A stretch of DNA of 64,000 bases, taken from contig CM074805.1 of NCBI GenBank assembly GCA_037447605.1, positions 2,947,361 to 3,011,360 on the forward strand, written 5' to 3'. The stretch comes from Zygnema circumcarinatum SAG 698-1b. Taxonomy: Eukaryota > Plantae > Zygnematophyceae. Under the pieces are notes generated by a model. It had not been told where the DNA came from and did no database searches. It was given only the letters and a program-made list of their open reading frames with translations. The position numbers and the translations under genes were made by a program. Below are positions 36,304 through 49,919 of this stretch, one piece after another (position 1 is the stretch's first letter; each line of letters begins with the position of its first letter).

Positions 36304-39005
36304 CTACTCCGCCGCCTTCAAAGGCTTGACAGTCTCCCACGTGAAATCGGGGTCATTTCTACCGAAGTGGCCATAGGCAGCCGTCTTCTGGTACCTCTTG
36401 TTACCGCCGCGCTTCAAGTCGAGGGAGATGGCAATCATTCCTGGTCTGAAGTCGAAACTCTCCTTGACAAGCTTTAGAATTTCCTTGTCGGGAATCTTGC
36501 CGGTGCCATACGTGTCCACAAAGATAGACAACGGCTCCGGAACACCAATGGCGTACGAAACCTGGACAAAGTGAAGAAAATTCCAATAAAACATTCCAGT
36601 AAAGCTTGAGAAACGTGGTCCCATGTAGAAGGAAATGATAGACCAGCTGCAAAGGAGAGAACTTAACAATCGCAAAAGTTGAAAAAGGGATTAAAGAAGC
36701 ACTTTTTTTCAGAACAGAAGCCGGCAGCCTACTTCGATATGTCATGTGTAGCAGGTTCGTAGGTTGATTACGATGAAATAAAACCATTAGGTTCAAGCCT
36801 CATCCTCCATGCCACAAGGCGGAAAGTCTGAAAAGTCAGTTCTATACCTGAACAATGGCTCGGCGGGCGAGCCCAGCAGCAACGATACTCTTTGCAGCCT
36901 GGCGCACAATGTAGGCACCTGAGCGATCCACTTTAGTCGGGTCCTTCCCAGAGAAGGCACCACCTCCATGGGCTCCCCAGCCACCATAAGTATCAATAAT
37001 AATTTTCCTTCCAGTGAGACCCGCATCACCATGGGGTCCACCAATAACGAAACGACCGGAAGGGTTCAAATGGAAAATCGTGTTTTCATCCAGGTACTTG
37101 GCAGGGATGACGGGCTTGATGACATACTCCATCAAGTCGGCAGCAATTTGGTCATTGGTGACCGTTTCATCATGCTGGAAAGTAAAAGAAAACATGTACA
37201 CAGACAGATCAACAAGAGGTGAAACTCGCAACATAGAAAATGATATGCAAGTAACTAAGTATTCATAAATGATTGGCACTAGTCAGAAACTCCTCGAGTT
37301 AACCAATGCGAGCGTTAGTTCAGTACTTAAATCACTGCTGCCGTCAGTGATTAAAAACCGAAAAGCAGCACTACAATGACGATTCAGCTCTAAATAGATC
37401 ATAGACGTACAATCCCGTCAGAGATTGAACAGCCTAGACTGCAGCACCGTTCATCAGCACAAAAGTTGAATACCCACGAACTAAGTAAAACACTCGTGAT
37501 CAGTAGCAGGAGAGCATTCACAAACCTGAGTCGAAATAAGGACAGTGTGCACACGAATAGGTACCATAGCGCCACCCTCGTTCTTGTACTCCGCAGTCAC
37601 CTGTGTCTTTCCATCAGGTCGCAGCCACCTGCATTTTCCCTCAAAAAAAAATCAATTAGAAGCAGCAGGACGCAACATAGTAGGTCAGATCATTGAAGGT
37701 TGACAAAAATGCAATGTACATTCACATCCTGAAACGAGTTGACAAGGTAATCAAATTCAGTCCGCCCAAGTTCAAGAAACTGGAGTGCATACGTTCATGG
37801 ACAAGACAGCGTAATTGCTTCCGGTACTTACTTGCAGGTTCCATTTTTCCTGACTTCAGTCAGCTTAGCTCCAAGCTTGGTAGCAAGAACGTGAGTCAAA
37901 GGCATCAGCTCCTCGGTTTCATCAGTAGCATAGCCAAACATGTGCCCTTGGTCACCAGCACCAATTTCTTCGGGCTTCTTTGTGCCCATTCCGTGCACGC
38001 CCTGGCCAATGTCGGGACTTTGAGCTTCAATGTTCACCAGAACCTGTGACGAACAGATAATTTATCAGGCATTGAAGTAATAAAAGACAGAGCTTACAGA
38101 ATACCTTTAGTGAAGCAAGAATATAACCATGAAAGAAAGAAACTGTTAAGAGGGAGACGAAGATCCGCGACAAAATAAAACCCCGCCTCACTGTCACGGC
38201 GTCCAATAAAAAGTTCTTGAAATATGAATCAATCCGCATTGTCACAAAATCCTACGGAAAAACATTTCTGATCTGAGATCTTAAAAACTCTCAAGGCTTA
38301 AATCTGCAAACCGGATCGGCAAAATAAAGAGGAGCTCTAACCTTGCAGGTGTCAGCGTCCAGTCCCACAGCCTCGGAAACAAATCCGATCTCACGGCAAG
38401 TGTCCCTCACAATTTTTTCGTAGTCAACTTGCGCGCTTGTGGTGATCTCACCAAAAATCATCACCATTCCGGTCTTTGTGCAACTCTCACAGGCGACCTT
38501 GCTATTAGGGTCTTGCTCCAAGCATGCATCCAAGACGGCATCTGAGACCTGCAAGCCATTCACGGCAAAGCGGGCAGAAAAGTTACAGCTTGCAGCAGTT
38601 ACAGTTACAAAGCTATACCAGACATTTCTGTAATCAATAATAAATAGAGTTTACAATCAGAGCACACTCCAATTTCTGTTCATCGCACTGAAGTAACCAT
38701 CTGTTATCTACCAATATCTGGAACGATCAACACGCAGTGCAGAATATACGTATCCAACTATGAAATAATCATCCAACACCAACGCAATGGAATAACGAAT
38801 CAGATCCTTCCGCCAGTCCCACCTTACACCGTTTCCGGGAATCTGCAAATCACAAACCAGACATCGATCACACATATTCACCAAACAATACAACCATGCA
38901 GAGCACTACCGGCCGTCCACAAACTTCCGCACCCCTTACCTGATCGCAGAGCTTGTCGGGATGGCCCTCATTCACTGATTCAGAGGTGAACAAGAAAGTC
39001 TCCAT
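36304..39005 (-). CDS. SAMS: S-adenosylmethionine synthetase (6 coding exons)
   Basis: [104 protein letters not shown]. Confidence 0.98.
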
Positions 39006-39310
39006 CTCGCCCGTAGACAGAGCGGAGGAAGGAGCGGTCGAAAGTAGACCGAGCTGCAGGCAGGAGGCGCTGGCGGGCAGGCAGAGCAGCGCGCAGCGAC
39101 ACGGCTGACCGCTGGTGGGAGTGAATGAGCGCAAATACCGTCTTCCTCCCTCCCTATGCAGCCAGCAGCCACCCAGCCGACGGATGCGCGTGCGGGGGCG
39201 GTCGGGACGGACGGACGGACGGCTCCGATTGAAGCGCTGCGGTCGGCGCTCTCTGCGCTGATCGCGCGACCTCCCGCGTGCGAGGTATCCGCGCGGCCGC
39301 CCGGCGCCCA

Positions 39311-39347
39311 CCCGCCCGCCCGCCCGCCCGCCCGCCCGCCCGCCCGC
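39311..39347. repeat. (CCCG)n tetranucleotide repeat
   Basis: About 9 tandem units, directly visible. Confidence 0.95.
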
Positions 39348-39352
39348 TGAAG

Positions 39353-39931
39353 CATACATACATACATGCAGTACATACATACATACATACATATATACAT
39401 ACATATATACATACATACATACATACATACATACATACATACATACATACATACATACATACATACATACATACATACATACATACATACATACATACGT
39501 ACATACATACATACATACATATATACATACATATATACATACATACATACATACATACATACATACATACATACATACATACATACATACATACATACAT
39601 ACATACATACATACATACGCATACATACATACATACATACATACATACATACATACATACATACATACATACATACATACATACATACATACATACATAC
39701 ATACATACATACATACATACATACATACATACATACATACATACATACATACATACATACATACATACATACATACATACATACATACATACATACATAC
39801 ATACATACATACATACATACATACATACATACATACATACATACATACATACATACATACATACATACATACATACATGCATACATACATACATGCATAC
39901 ATACATACATACATGCATACATACATACATA
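39353..39931. repeat. (ATAC)n microsatellite, about 580 bp
   Basis: Near-perfect array with occasional ATAT, ACGT and ATGC variants. Confidence 0.99.
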
Positions 39932-40406
39932 CAGTCATATTTTCCACCCTGGTTTTGGCCAATATGAGGCGAAAATATTGATTTTGCATATATAAGGTTC
40001 GTGTTACCAATAGACGGGCGGTATTATGTTAGAGTTCATGTTGGACCGTACGTACCGTACGATATCGTACCGTACCGTATCGTATCGGTTACTATAGCTC
40101 GTACCGGTAGTACGGATAGTGCCATATCGGAGCGTTTCGTATCGTATCAGTAGTATCGTATCGTATCGTATCGAAGTCAAGAAGAAGGGGAGAAGAGCGA
40201 GCGCCTCTTACGGCGGCACGTGCGGGGAGATTAGGTGAGTTTTGCGTAAGCCCGTAACGGCTAGTACAGATAGTACGGCTAGTACGGACAGTACGAATAG
40301 TACGGCTAACACAAAGTTACCGTACAAAAAGGTGGTTTCGGCAAAGTCGGGGCGAAATTCTTGGGGACGCACTCCTCAGGGCAGTAAATACGAGGACGGT
40401 TGACTG
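39932..40406 (-). mobile_element. Tc1/mariner-like MITE (475 bp), same family as 13093-15269, inserted at a TA inside the microsatellite
   Basis: TA|CAGTCA...TGACTG|TA termini. The body is the reverse complement of 13093-13220 plus 14265-14554. The left TIR has a short internal deletion. Confidence 0.85.
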
Positions 40407-40601
40407 TACATACATACATACATACATACATACATACATACATACATACATACATACATACATACATACATACATACATACATACATACATACATACATA
40501 CATACATACATACATACATACATACATACATACATACATACATACATACATACATACATACATACATACATACATACATACGTACATACATACATGCATA
40601 C
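40407..40601. repeat. (ATAC)n microsatellite, about 195 bp
   Basis: Same unit and strand as 39353-39931. Confidence 0.99.
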
Positions 40602-42459
40602 GAAAAAGAAAGAAAGCAAAATTAGAAGGAAGTGACATTGATCTCACGATGGCGAGGCCATCAAATGTACATGGACGAAGTCCTACATACATGCAGGCAG
40701 GCATGCAACATACGGGCGGAGGGCGCATGGAGCGCGGCGCCGGCGCTGCTCGCGCACGCGCAGCGGCGCAGGACTCAATGTGGGTCCGACCAGTCAGTCA
40801 GTCGGCGGGCGGGGCCGCAGCGACAGCGCGCGGCCGTTCTGAATTCGGGCGGGCGGCCGGGCGCTTGTTCCAGTCGGCAGGACGACATCGAGGGGGGGCG
40901 CCGGCGTGTCGTATCGTATCGTATCGCCGATGGCCGTCAGACGGCGGACGGCGGGGGAAAGGGGGGTGGGGCAGGCTTCGAGAGATTTCCTGGTGGTACG
41001 GTTCACGCCATGCGAAGCAGATCTTGTGCCGGCTGTCGGCGGATCTTTGCTTTTACGGATACCGTACCGCATTTCTGCTTCGGATCGCTCCGGAATTGGG
41101 CCCCCCTGCAGCCGAAGCCGTACGGTATGCCGTCGAGTGCGTGGTTCCCCGGCAGAATGCGCCCATCCATCGCGGGCGGGCGGTAGCGCGGGGGAGCGCG
41201 AGGACGAGGACCCCCGGGCGACAGGAGTGCTCCACGCGTTTCGTTTTTTCTCCACGCGTTTTTTTTGTTGATACATTACATTGCTGTACTACTTTAAGGT
41301 CGTATCGGGATGTGAATGTGATAATATTTGTTTTGCATTCGTATCAGCTGATTTGTTTCAATGCTAATGATAGACAACCGACTAGGAAGAAGTGGCAGGA
41401 ATTTCGCACTTGGATTGAAAAGAGCTATGGTTTAGTAAAGTTTGTATTATAAAGTTTGTAATTGGAAGTATGGAACAAACAAGAAGGGATTGTGTGGTTG
41501 CATGCCGTATCTGCCATACACACACATGGATACATAGATACTTATCTACCGAACATTGGCGGAACGATGGGATAGATACCTCAATTTGGCATCGCCAAGG
41601 ACCAAAACTAAGGTAGATTCAGCACTTCTGGCATACAAGAGCCCCCCGTATGTCGAAGAGGAGACACCCAATGAGTTTTGGCACTCAAGATACATGTCAC
41701 ACGGTGTTACCAAACTTGTGAATGCAACACACGACCCTTTAGCATCTTGTAAGGGTTGTGTTTAGTTGATGATTTGCAGGCAACATCAGCTCTGGTCTGA
41801 CCTTTGAATTCAATTTTATTTTTTCATTAGACGACTTTGACAGCCTTTTGTTACATTGCTAGAGTACATTCTCTGCATTGACCAATCCCCAGCACATGGC
41901 AATCTATCAACGAAATTAACAGGGTGATGAAACAGTCTATACTCTTACAACCGCACTTCCTAACGTCAACTCTAAAGGTCTAAACTAAACTATGTACAAC
42001 AATCCCTCTCGGAGCAACGCCCTGGGAACCCAGTGTTCGCTTCGAAGCATTGACAGTGTTCTGTAAAGAATCTCAGCCCCGCACTATGCTATTGACAAAG
42101 CGGAATTAGACGCTGATATGTACAAAGCGGCACATCTGACGAGCATTTCCCGTCAATTGTCTGCTGACAGGCAGAAAAGGACGAGGTCAGCATAAACGTT
42201 TATATTGCATGGAAACCCCATTCACCTGTTCCACATTGACGCCTCCTCAACCACGTTTTGTGCGCACGCTACCCGGAGCAGCAAAGTGTTTCTTAGTACA
42301 AAAGCCTGCAATCAGAGAACCCGCGCATCCCGGTCCCCCTGACGACGAAGACGAACAATCCCAGCCGTAACAAGTCGAAGCAGCCACGAAAATTCAGGGA
42401 AGACGGTGGTGATTATTGCAACCACCAGCTTCCCTTTGCCACTTTCCTTTTTCACTCGG

Positions 42460-45400
42460 TCACAGCGGCCGGTTCCTTGGAGTAATCACTTGTTGGCTGC
42501 CGGCGAGTGGAACTTGTGGATTCCGATCTTCCCGAATGCAGCGGCATCTGACTGTGGTGAGTGCGAGGCAGCCGCTGATGTTGAGAGAGTTTCTCTCTGA
42601 GCATGTGTGAAGGTCCGGGAAAGTGTCGCAGACAGCCTGAACCGCCGCAGCATGCAGCAAAATGCAGCCGCTCAGGTTCAGTGACACGAGGCCAGCAGCC
42701 CGCGGTGCATGCGGCCTGTTCAGCATGGCAAGGGTGAAATAGCTGCACACAGACAAACAACAGGAGATAGCAGTGAGGAATTGGAAGCTATTTACAACCT
42801 GCTTCAATGTTTTTCTTGCTGGACTATACTTCCCTGTGTTTGTCCAGAAGCAGAAATGCGACATGTCCAACAGAGCACAGAGGAACACCTTTCTCCTGAG
42901 CTCGATAAAGCGCCACTGTGACGGCTGCGGCCGGATAGGTTTTCTCTGTTTTCAGCTACAGACCCGCCTTCAGTCCCTGTCCCAAAGGTGCCTCGTGTTC
43001 CTGAGATTCTCAGCCTGGAAAGAAGGCCCACCCTACTACAATCAAGGTCTGCCCAGATGGCTCTTTGCTTGCAAGAGTAGTGCTCAAGAATGTTTACATT
43101 AGACCATGGATTCACCAATTGCTTCTGTGCCTCCAACTTCTCCCAACCATGCCAATATCCTGGCCCTTTCTCCCTTTTTCCGGCCGTCAAAATTCACCCA
43201 GAGCAGTTGTACCTGTTGGATGCCAAAAAGCGAGCTCGGCCTCCCACGAGGGCGCGCATGGAGCGGTCTGTGATGAGGCGGCAACAGTGCAGACCAAAGA
43301 CCTCCAAGTTGGGGCAGTGGTCCGCTAAAGCCATCACACTCCTATCTGAGCCTCCCAACACACTCAATCAGTCACAGTTCCTCTACAAGCCAAAAGCAGT
43401 AGGGTTGTTACAAAAGCCATGATCCCAACCTTAATACTCCGTGAACTTGGCAAAAGGTCAAAATATCTTCCGCGCTCAAGCGCTTCGTTCTTGTAAGAAA
43501 AGAGAGCAAGTGAGTCCTAAAGAGCAGCCCTCAACATCACAAAACTGTATACCTGTGATAAGAAGGCATCCGCAGAGGTCGATGATCTCGAGGCTCTGGC
43601 AACCTTGTGCCAAAGCCACAATTCCGTCATCGGAAACGCGTTCGCACCAACCTAAGTTGAGCGATTTTAATGACGAGCAGTTCCTTGCCAAAACCTGCAG
43701 TCCACAGGGTCACGTGTTCGCCTCAGGACAAAGCTCTACCACCGTTTGCATCCGGCCCAAGAATACTAGCTGCTTCCCTGCTTGCCACTTCAAGCTGATT
43801 GAGAACAGATAACTACCTTTCACTCGAAAGACAGTTCACATCATCTAGTATGGCCACTAACCAGAAACTGACTGCTTTTACTTCCCCCTCTCACCTGCAA
43901 GGCCCAATCCGTGGCAGCTCGTTCGCAGCCGCAGAGATTAAGCCAACGCAGTGACGAGCACGCCGCGGCGACCGCTTGCAGGCCCCTCTCTCCGATGCCG
44001 AGGCAGCCGCTCAGGTCCAAGCCCTGCAGGCAGTCATTCAGCTTGAGGGAGAGTTCAGCTTCAGGGAGGCGAGCACAGCCGGTAGACCACGCTCTTCTCC
44101 CAAAGTCTGTAGTTCACTGTGCATGCACGAGGGTGTAAGATCTCAGGCTGCACAGCTGGTGTGCTCAAAAAGCTCGGAGCCAGTCGGCGTGCGCTTTGCA
44201 ACTCTAGCCAAAACTCGAACCCTTGTCGTCATTGGCCGTTATCTATTTTAGTTTTTTTTTTTTTTTTAAGGTTCACTAGAGGTTTTTTCCGCTGTACATT
44301 CACTCGAAGTTCTTCGTAATTGATTACTGCAGCGCTGCTGTACACGTTTTCTATTGTCAGGGAAAAGTGCACCCAGAACCCTGTGACACTGTTATAAACA
44401 AAGTAAGCATGAGTTTCCTCAAAAGCCGCTGCAGACTAGGTGATGTATGAAACAAGGTCAGGGAGCTCGCTATAATACAAGCTCCTGACAGAAGACGTCA
44501 GGTGTCTGAGTCACCTGCCTTCCGACTGCCCATCCCCTCACTTTAAGCACGTCATAGTTGTTGCAGACACTACCAAACTCGTAAACTGAACAGCTACTTT
44601 CTAAAGGAATGTCAATAATGGGGCAGAATCAACTCCTAGTCAACCCAAGACTGCTGATTCTTGCGCCTGATGCCTCATATAGTGGAGCATGTCCTGGTGA
44701 AGGTTCTTCCCCGCTCACCTCAAGGGCCGGGCAGCCGCGGGCCAGCGCCTCCATGGCGCCATCGCTGAGCTGCAGAGCAGTGGAGAGGTCAAGCGCGCGA
44801 AGGCTGTGGCAGCTTACAGCCGCCGCCTCCACTGCTTCGTCGGTCAGGGAAGGGCAGCGCCGAAGGCACAGAACCTGCATAGCCAGGTAAATAAAAGACC
44901 CCACATACTCAATTACCACAACATCCCACCTTGCAAACTGCTATTCTTAACCAGATTCTATGTGACAGTTTGAAGGGAAAAGGGCTTTTCAATTACCTGC
45001 AGGCTCTTGAAGTGGCGGATGACTGATGTCAACAACGGACTCACCCCTACACCGCACCTGCTCCAAACCCCTCGCCTTCATTCCTCCATCAGCATAAGCA
45101 TTGTTTCATAAACGGACACTGACATCGTAAAGTGATCAACGTCGGCGCCATGTCACACAGTCCAGGTCTCTAAGCAAGCTCGATTGACTTAGCCAACTAC
45201 ACTACAAAAGCCAGATACTAAAACAGTAGAAATCAAACACTCTGGAGGACGTACTCCTCCCGTTGTTCCCAAATTCTCCAAACGCTGCATTCACAAACAC
45301 TGCATAGTATCTCCTTTCCTCGAGGACGCACCATGAGAAAGAAAGCTCCAACACCCCCTGTCCGAGGGCCACCCTCCAGTCTCTGCATACTCCGGATGCG

Positions 45401-45744
45401 GCCACCGCCGCGCGCATGTCCGCCCGCTCAAGCACGCTCCCAAGGACCTCCTGCGGGACGCCCGCCCAGGCGCCCTCCCTGCAGGCGGCCCGCTCAGCCT
45501 TGCCAATGGCTGCCAGCCCCTCTGCTGCTCCCTTCAGGAGATGGAAGGGGGGTCCATTTTGCAGCCCGTGCAGAGGACTGCCTCGCTGCTTCCTCAGGAG
45601 ACGAAGGTACGGCGGGAAAGAGTCTGCGCCCGCTTCATCTTTCGAAACTTCAAAGAAGGCGCTCAGACTGCAGGCATCAGACATGCGACAGGGCTTAGCT
45701 GGGGGAGGATACCAGACAGCTTTGACTCGTGCAAAATGGCGCAC
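42460..45744 (-). CDS. SKP2: F-box/LRR protein, SKP2A/B-like
   Basis: F-box WAGVPQEVLGSVLERADMRAAVAASGVCRDWRVALGQGVLELSFSW; Cys-containing LRRs (LRALDLS, LKSLNLGWCERVSDDG); C-terminal AVQAVCDTFPDLHTC...SLNISGCL as in plant SKP2. Start codon uncertain. Confidence 0.88.
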
Positions 45745-48700
45745 AAATGGATGAGAAAGTGCAACAGCAGAGGCAGTGGATATTCGTTTGTTTCAGAAGT
45801 AGGCTAGGCACTTTAACTTTCCGATAAAACGGCTGCTATAATTACTCCAATGTCGAGGGGCAGCCAGCATTTGGCAGCCGTTGACTCCGCCAAGCAGTCA
45901 TCCACCACTACAATCGAGTTCCTAAACTATGCTGCTTTGGCAAGAAGAAAAGTGAGAGTCACCTCGAGGAGTCAAGGGCAAGCCCCTGTGCTCGTAGCTT
46001 CTCCATAATGCTAAGCGCACCATGAAGATCGCCCGAGTGCACACACGCCTGCAGCACCTCCTGGCACGAGCCATGGAGCCACTCTGCTGTTCCTGCTCCA
46101 CCAATTGCCACCGCGGACGTGCCATAACTCAAGCAGTCGATAGGATTTTCGACTACAAATGCTGTTGTACTATCTACTTACTTCACTTCAACAATAGTCA
46201 AACACGGAAGAGGTTCGACTTATGCCAGAAGCAAAAAACGACACTCGCACATTTGACATGCAACAATAAAGCTCCATCTCCTTTCTCGTCTAGATATGAC
46301 TAAGCTTTGCCATCTATGCACTTAGACCATGGACAATTGTTTCGTGCATGAGTGGAAGGTTAACTTTATTCTATTCAAGTTAGCGTCCTCCTCAAAATTC
46401 GTTTCCTTCTGTCAGCTCCTTCACTACCCTAAAGGTGAAGAACACAGCCAAGCAAAAGTGCGAGCTTTCCGGCTCCTTGAATTTGTCAATTCCGATAAAA
46501 ACGGTGAGCATATGCATTGGACTTCATTGTCCCGCACAGGAAAGGGCATCCTATGCAATTCTGGCTTTTCGTAATTATTCCTCCTCTTTGCCTGACTCCG
46601 TCCAAGGTCTGGGGGAGAATAAATATGCAGAGATTATAGTTTTTAAGAAAGGAAATGCCCCTACGTTACCTGCTTCTCGTTCCATGAGCGCCTTCACAGC
46701 TCTCCACGGAAACTCAGCAAGTCATTCCAACGGCAGGCGTAATCTGCACGCGTCCCTTTTATCCGAAGTCACTTTCTGCTCACATATGGTAGAACAACAC
46801 GTTTCTAATAAGCCAAAATATGGTCGTCGTGAATTCAACTGGCTAACTGCTAACGAAAAACGAGACGCTAAATGTGATGAATTTGAAGTGCGATAAAGCC
46901 GAAAAGGATGATGCAATACTCTGAATGATTTCCTGCCTGTTTTAATCACGATTCAAACAACTGCGATAAATTGGTTTGGGATTCTGGGCAATTCCTTGTT
47001 TCACGCATCAACAACTCCACCAACTCCCGATGATTTTTTTTGTGTTCAGACATATTAAGCTGGTTAGTGGCCTGTAGATTTCTCCATTCTCATTCACGGA
47101 ATTCATACTTCTTGGGAGCTTCGTTCTATTCCAACGCCTACTTGTGTTCTACTGTTTTCAATCTGAGAAAATCGCAACCGAAGTAGAGCCTCCTAATAAG
47201 ACAACGTAGAAGTACAAAAAAAGAAGAAAACTAAATCTCACGTAGAGCAACCACTGTAAGGCCATAGTTTCGCTTTTGGAAGTCGCTCACGCAAATGCCG
47301 TCCAGCTTTTGCTTTTGAATTGTAGGATGCATCAGCTAAATTCTGCCTCGAACGCCTAAATGTTTTTATGTTGGAGCGACTAGGAGTGCCTAGCGTATAA
47401 TCAAAAAAATTGACATTGATAAGATTCAGCAAGCATGGAGATACGCCTATAAGTGGAATTGAATTACAAAAGCAGCGCGGTCTTGCCAACAGCTAATTAC
47501 AAAGCATGATGCACCGCCGCCAGTCCTTCATCATCCTTGTGACGAACAGAACACGAATGATATACTGCGCATATAAAAGAGTTTACGAGGGAATGCATGG
47601 GCCTTTCCTACGCTTCTAAGCAAATATAATGGCATAATTTGCTCATACCACATTCCTCTAACAGCGCTGAGGTTGACAAGTTCTTATTCGCCTGCAATTC
47701 GAGGCAACTTCTCGTCTGTACATACATGCTCTTGTGGTTTCCATATGCGAGATACCTTGAAACCTATACCAGCATTTCACTCAGCAAAAGAAGAACAATT
47801 CTCCAACACTCCGCCTAAAGAAACAGACTTCTGCGCCGATAGAGGAGCGCAGGAGGGAGGGAGGTGCACTTCCGCTCCTTCACACTCCCTCGCCGGAGGA
47901 CAACTTACCACTCTCTTCCCAAAATCCCTCTCACGCGCACGGCCCTCCGTCACCCTCCAGCTCCCGCCTCCCGCTCGGCCGCCCGCGCAATCAAAGGGGA
48001 CCGCTAGAAGTAGGAAAGAAAAGGAAAGTGAGCCGCGGCGAACTGTCTTCCGAAGCCTTCAAACTCCCCCTCTCAGCCTCTCCTCCCTCCCTCTCTCCCT
48101 CTCTCCCTCTCCCTCTTCCTCCCTCCCGCCAGCCACAGACAGACAGAGACATTGGCAGGAAGACAGGCCGACAGCGGCCGGTCCATACATTGCCCACCTG
48201 TCGGCCCTCGCTGGACGGGCTTCCAGGAGGGTGGGAGGAGCCGCCACGTGGCATGCCTTGCGTCACCCTCAGCTGTACGGCCGCGCTGCCATTGGTCGTG
48301 CAGGGCCGTACGGCCGCACGCCCCCCTCTGCCGCAGGCGGCCCTGCCGAGGGAGGCGCCTCGTGGTTTGCGGGCAGCCGCTGCGCCCCGCCGAGGGGAAC
48401 CGCCGAGAGGAGAGGGGAGGAAAGAAGTGAGGAGAGGAGGGAGGCAGGGAACGAACGAACGAACGACGGAGCGGCATTCGTTTAGTCTCACGATGATGCC
48501 ATCAATAGCACCTGACGAAGGTGCACTGCAGCGCAGAGGAAGAATTGACGTGACAAGGTGACAGAGGACCGGAAGGAGGACCGAGGGCGAAAAGGGTGCA
48601 ATGGCTGAACTGAATTCCAGTTGCAGAGAGGAAAGGAACGGAAGAGAAGCACTACTTTTCACACCGTCGTGTTTCTGCGTAAAGGACGCGGGAGTGTTCT

Positions 48701-49919
48701 GGGGAACCATCCTTCTGCGCTGTATGTAGTACGCCAGAGAGAGTTGGCATTGCTGAAAGGTACTGAAAGGAGGTGGAACACGGAGAAGGGACAGCTTCGT
48801 GTTGGCGGAATGTGAAATGTCGATTGAAAGTTCTTTAATCCTGCCTTGGCACGTACAACGGCCCACCGATGACAAGGTGCCGTTACTCGAGAGTTGGATG
48901 GTACTCGAGCATTGTGGGGGAAAGCCTCGTCCAGCAGACGCTTTCCGTGCGTAGTGTTGGGTTAAAACTTGAAGTCAACAGGCTACCACCGCTATTTCTT
49001 TATTGCTGACATATTTTAGGAGAACGGTAACTGTAGCGCATTGCGCATCATCTTGGCTGATTATACAAGCAGTCTGTCGGCCAGGAAATGTCGACAGCGT
49101 TCTGACCTTTGCTGATATCAACCGTTCTGTTTCCAGCTCACGGTTTATGCCTCGTGCTGCAGTCATCGGCCGTAGCTAATAATTGGTAGAACCTGCATGT
49201 GTAAATGCTTTAAGTGATATCTAAAAACTAGCTAAAATCAGAAAGGGCAAAAGGATCACATCCATCACGGCATTGAGCTGAAACGACTCTGCTTTTCAAC
49301 CACGGCTCACGAACACACAATAAGCACATTCAACTGAAAGAATCACTGACATCCACTATGGTTGCAATCAGTTTCACAAATCAATTTTAAATAAATCTAG
49401 TCACAACAATCCTATCAACGGTCATATTCTTTTAGAAACTATTCTGGCGAACTTCATATGCAAATACTGAGACGGCAGGGAGACTGAAGGAACCACATAC
49501 TAGGCGAGCTACCTTAACCGAGTCTAGACACGGCACCCTGCGCGCCTGCAGCTATCTTATCATTATTGCTTGAACAATATCGAAACTGGCACACGTGAAC
49601 GATATACGATTTTCCAATCATTCCTACATATGCGCCAACTTGCGGCGCATTATGCCAAATAGAAACAGTGAAAAGGGATGCCGACACCATGGCTATGCCA
49701 ATCATTATGAGAAGCCCCCCAGAGATCAATACCTGCTATCCAATATTAATGAAGCTTCGCTGAAGCACAGTTGTAATAAGAGAGCGAAGAGCCTGCGCGA
49801 GCCTGAACCATAATTCATCCGCCATTCCCGTTGGAAGCACGCAATTTATCCAAGAAGAAGATGACATATTCACAAGAAGAGAGGAGGTCAAGGGACTACT
49901 CAATAGTCAGTCATGGTCA

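Noticed and set aside
38868-41452. Long ORFs with MYVC / HTYI repeats
   Set aside because: Translations of the (ATAC)n microsatellite, which lacks stops in these frames; no protein signal.
41556-41765. ORF with WDRYL...PNEFWHSR, faintly like a hAT dimerisation domain
   Set aside because: The diagnostic SSxxxERxFS motif, TIRs and the rest of a transposase are not visible; too weak without an HMM search.
49514-49813. Hydrophobic ORF downstream of KCBP
   Set aside because: Short, no recognisable family and no consistent exon chain.
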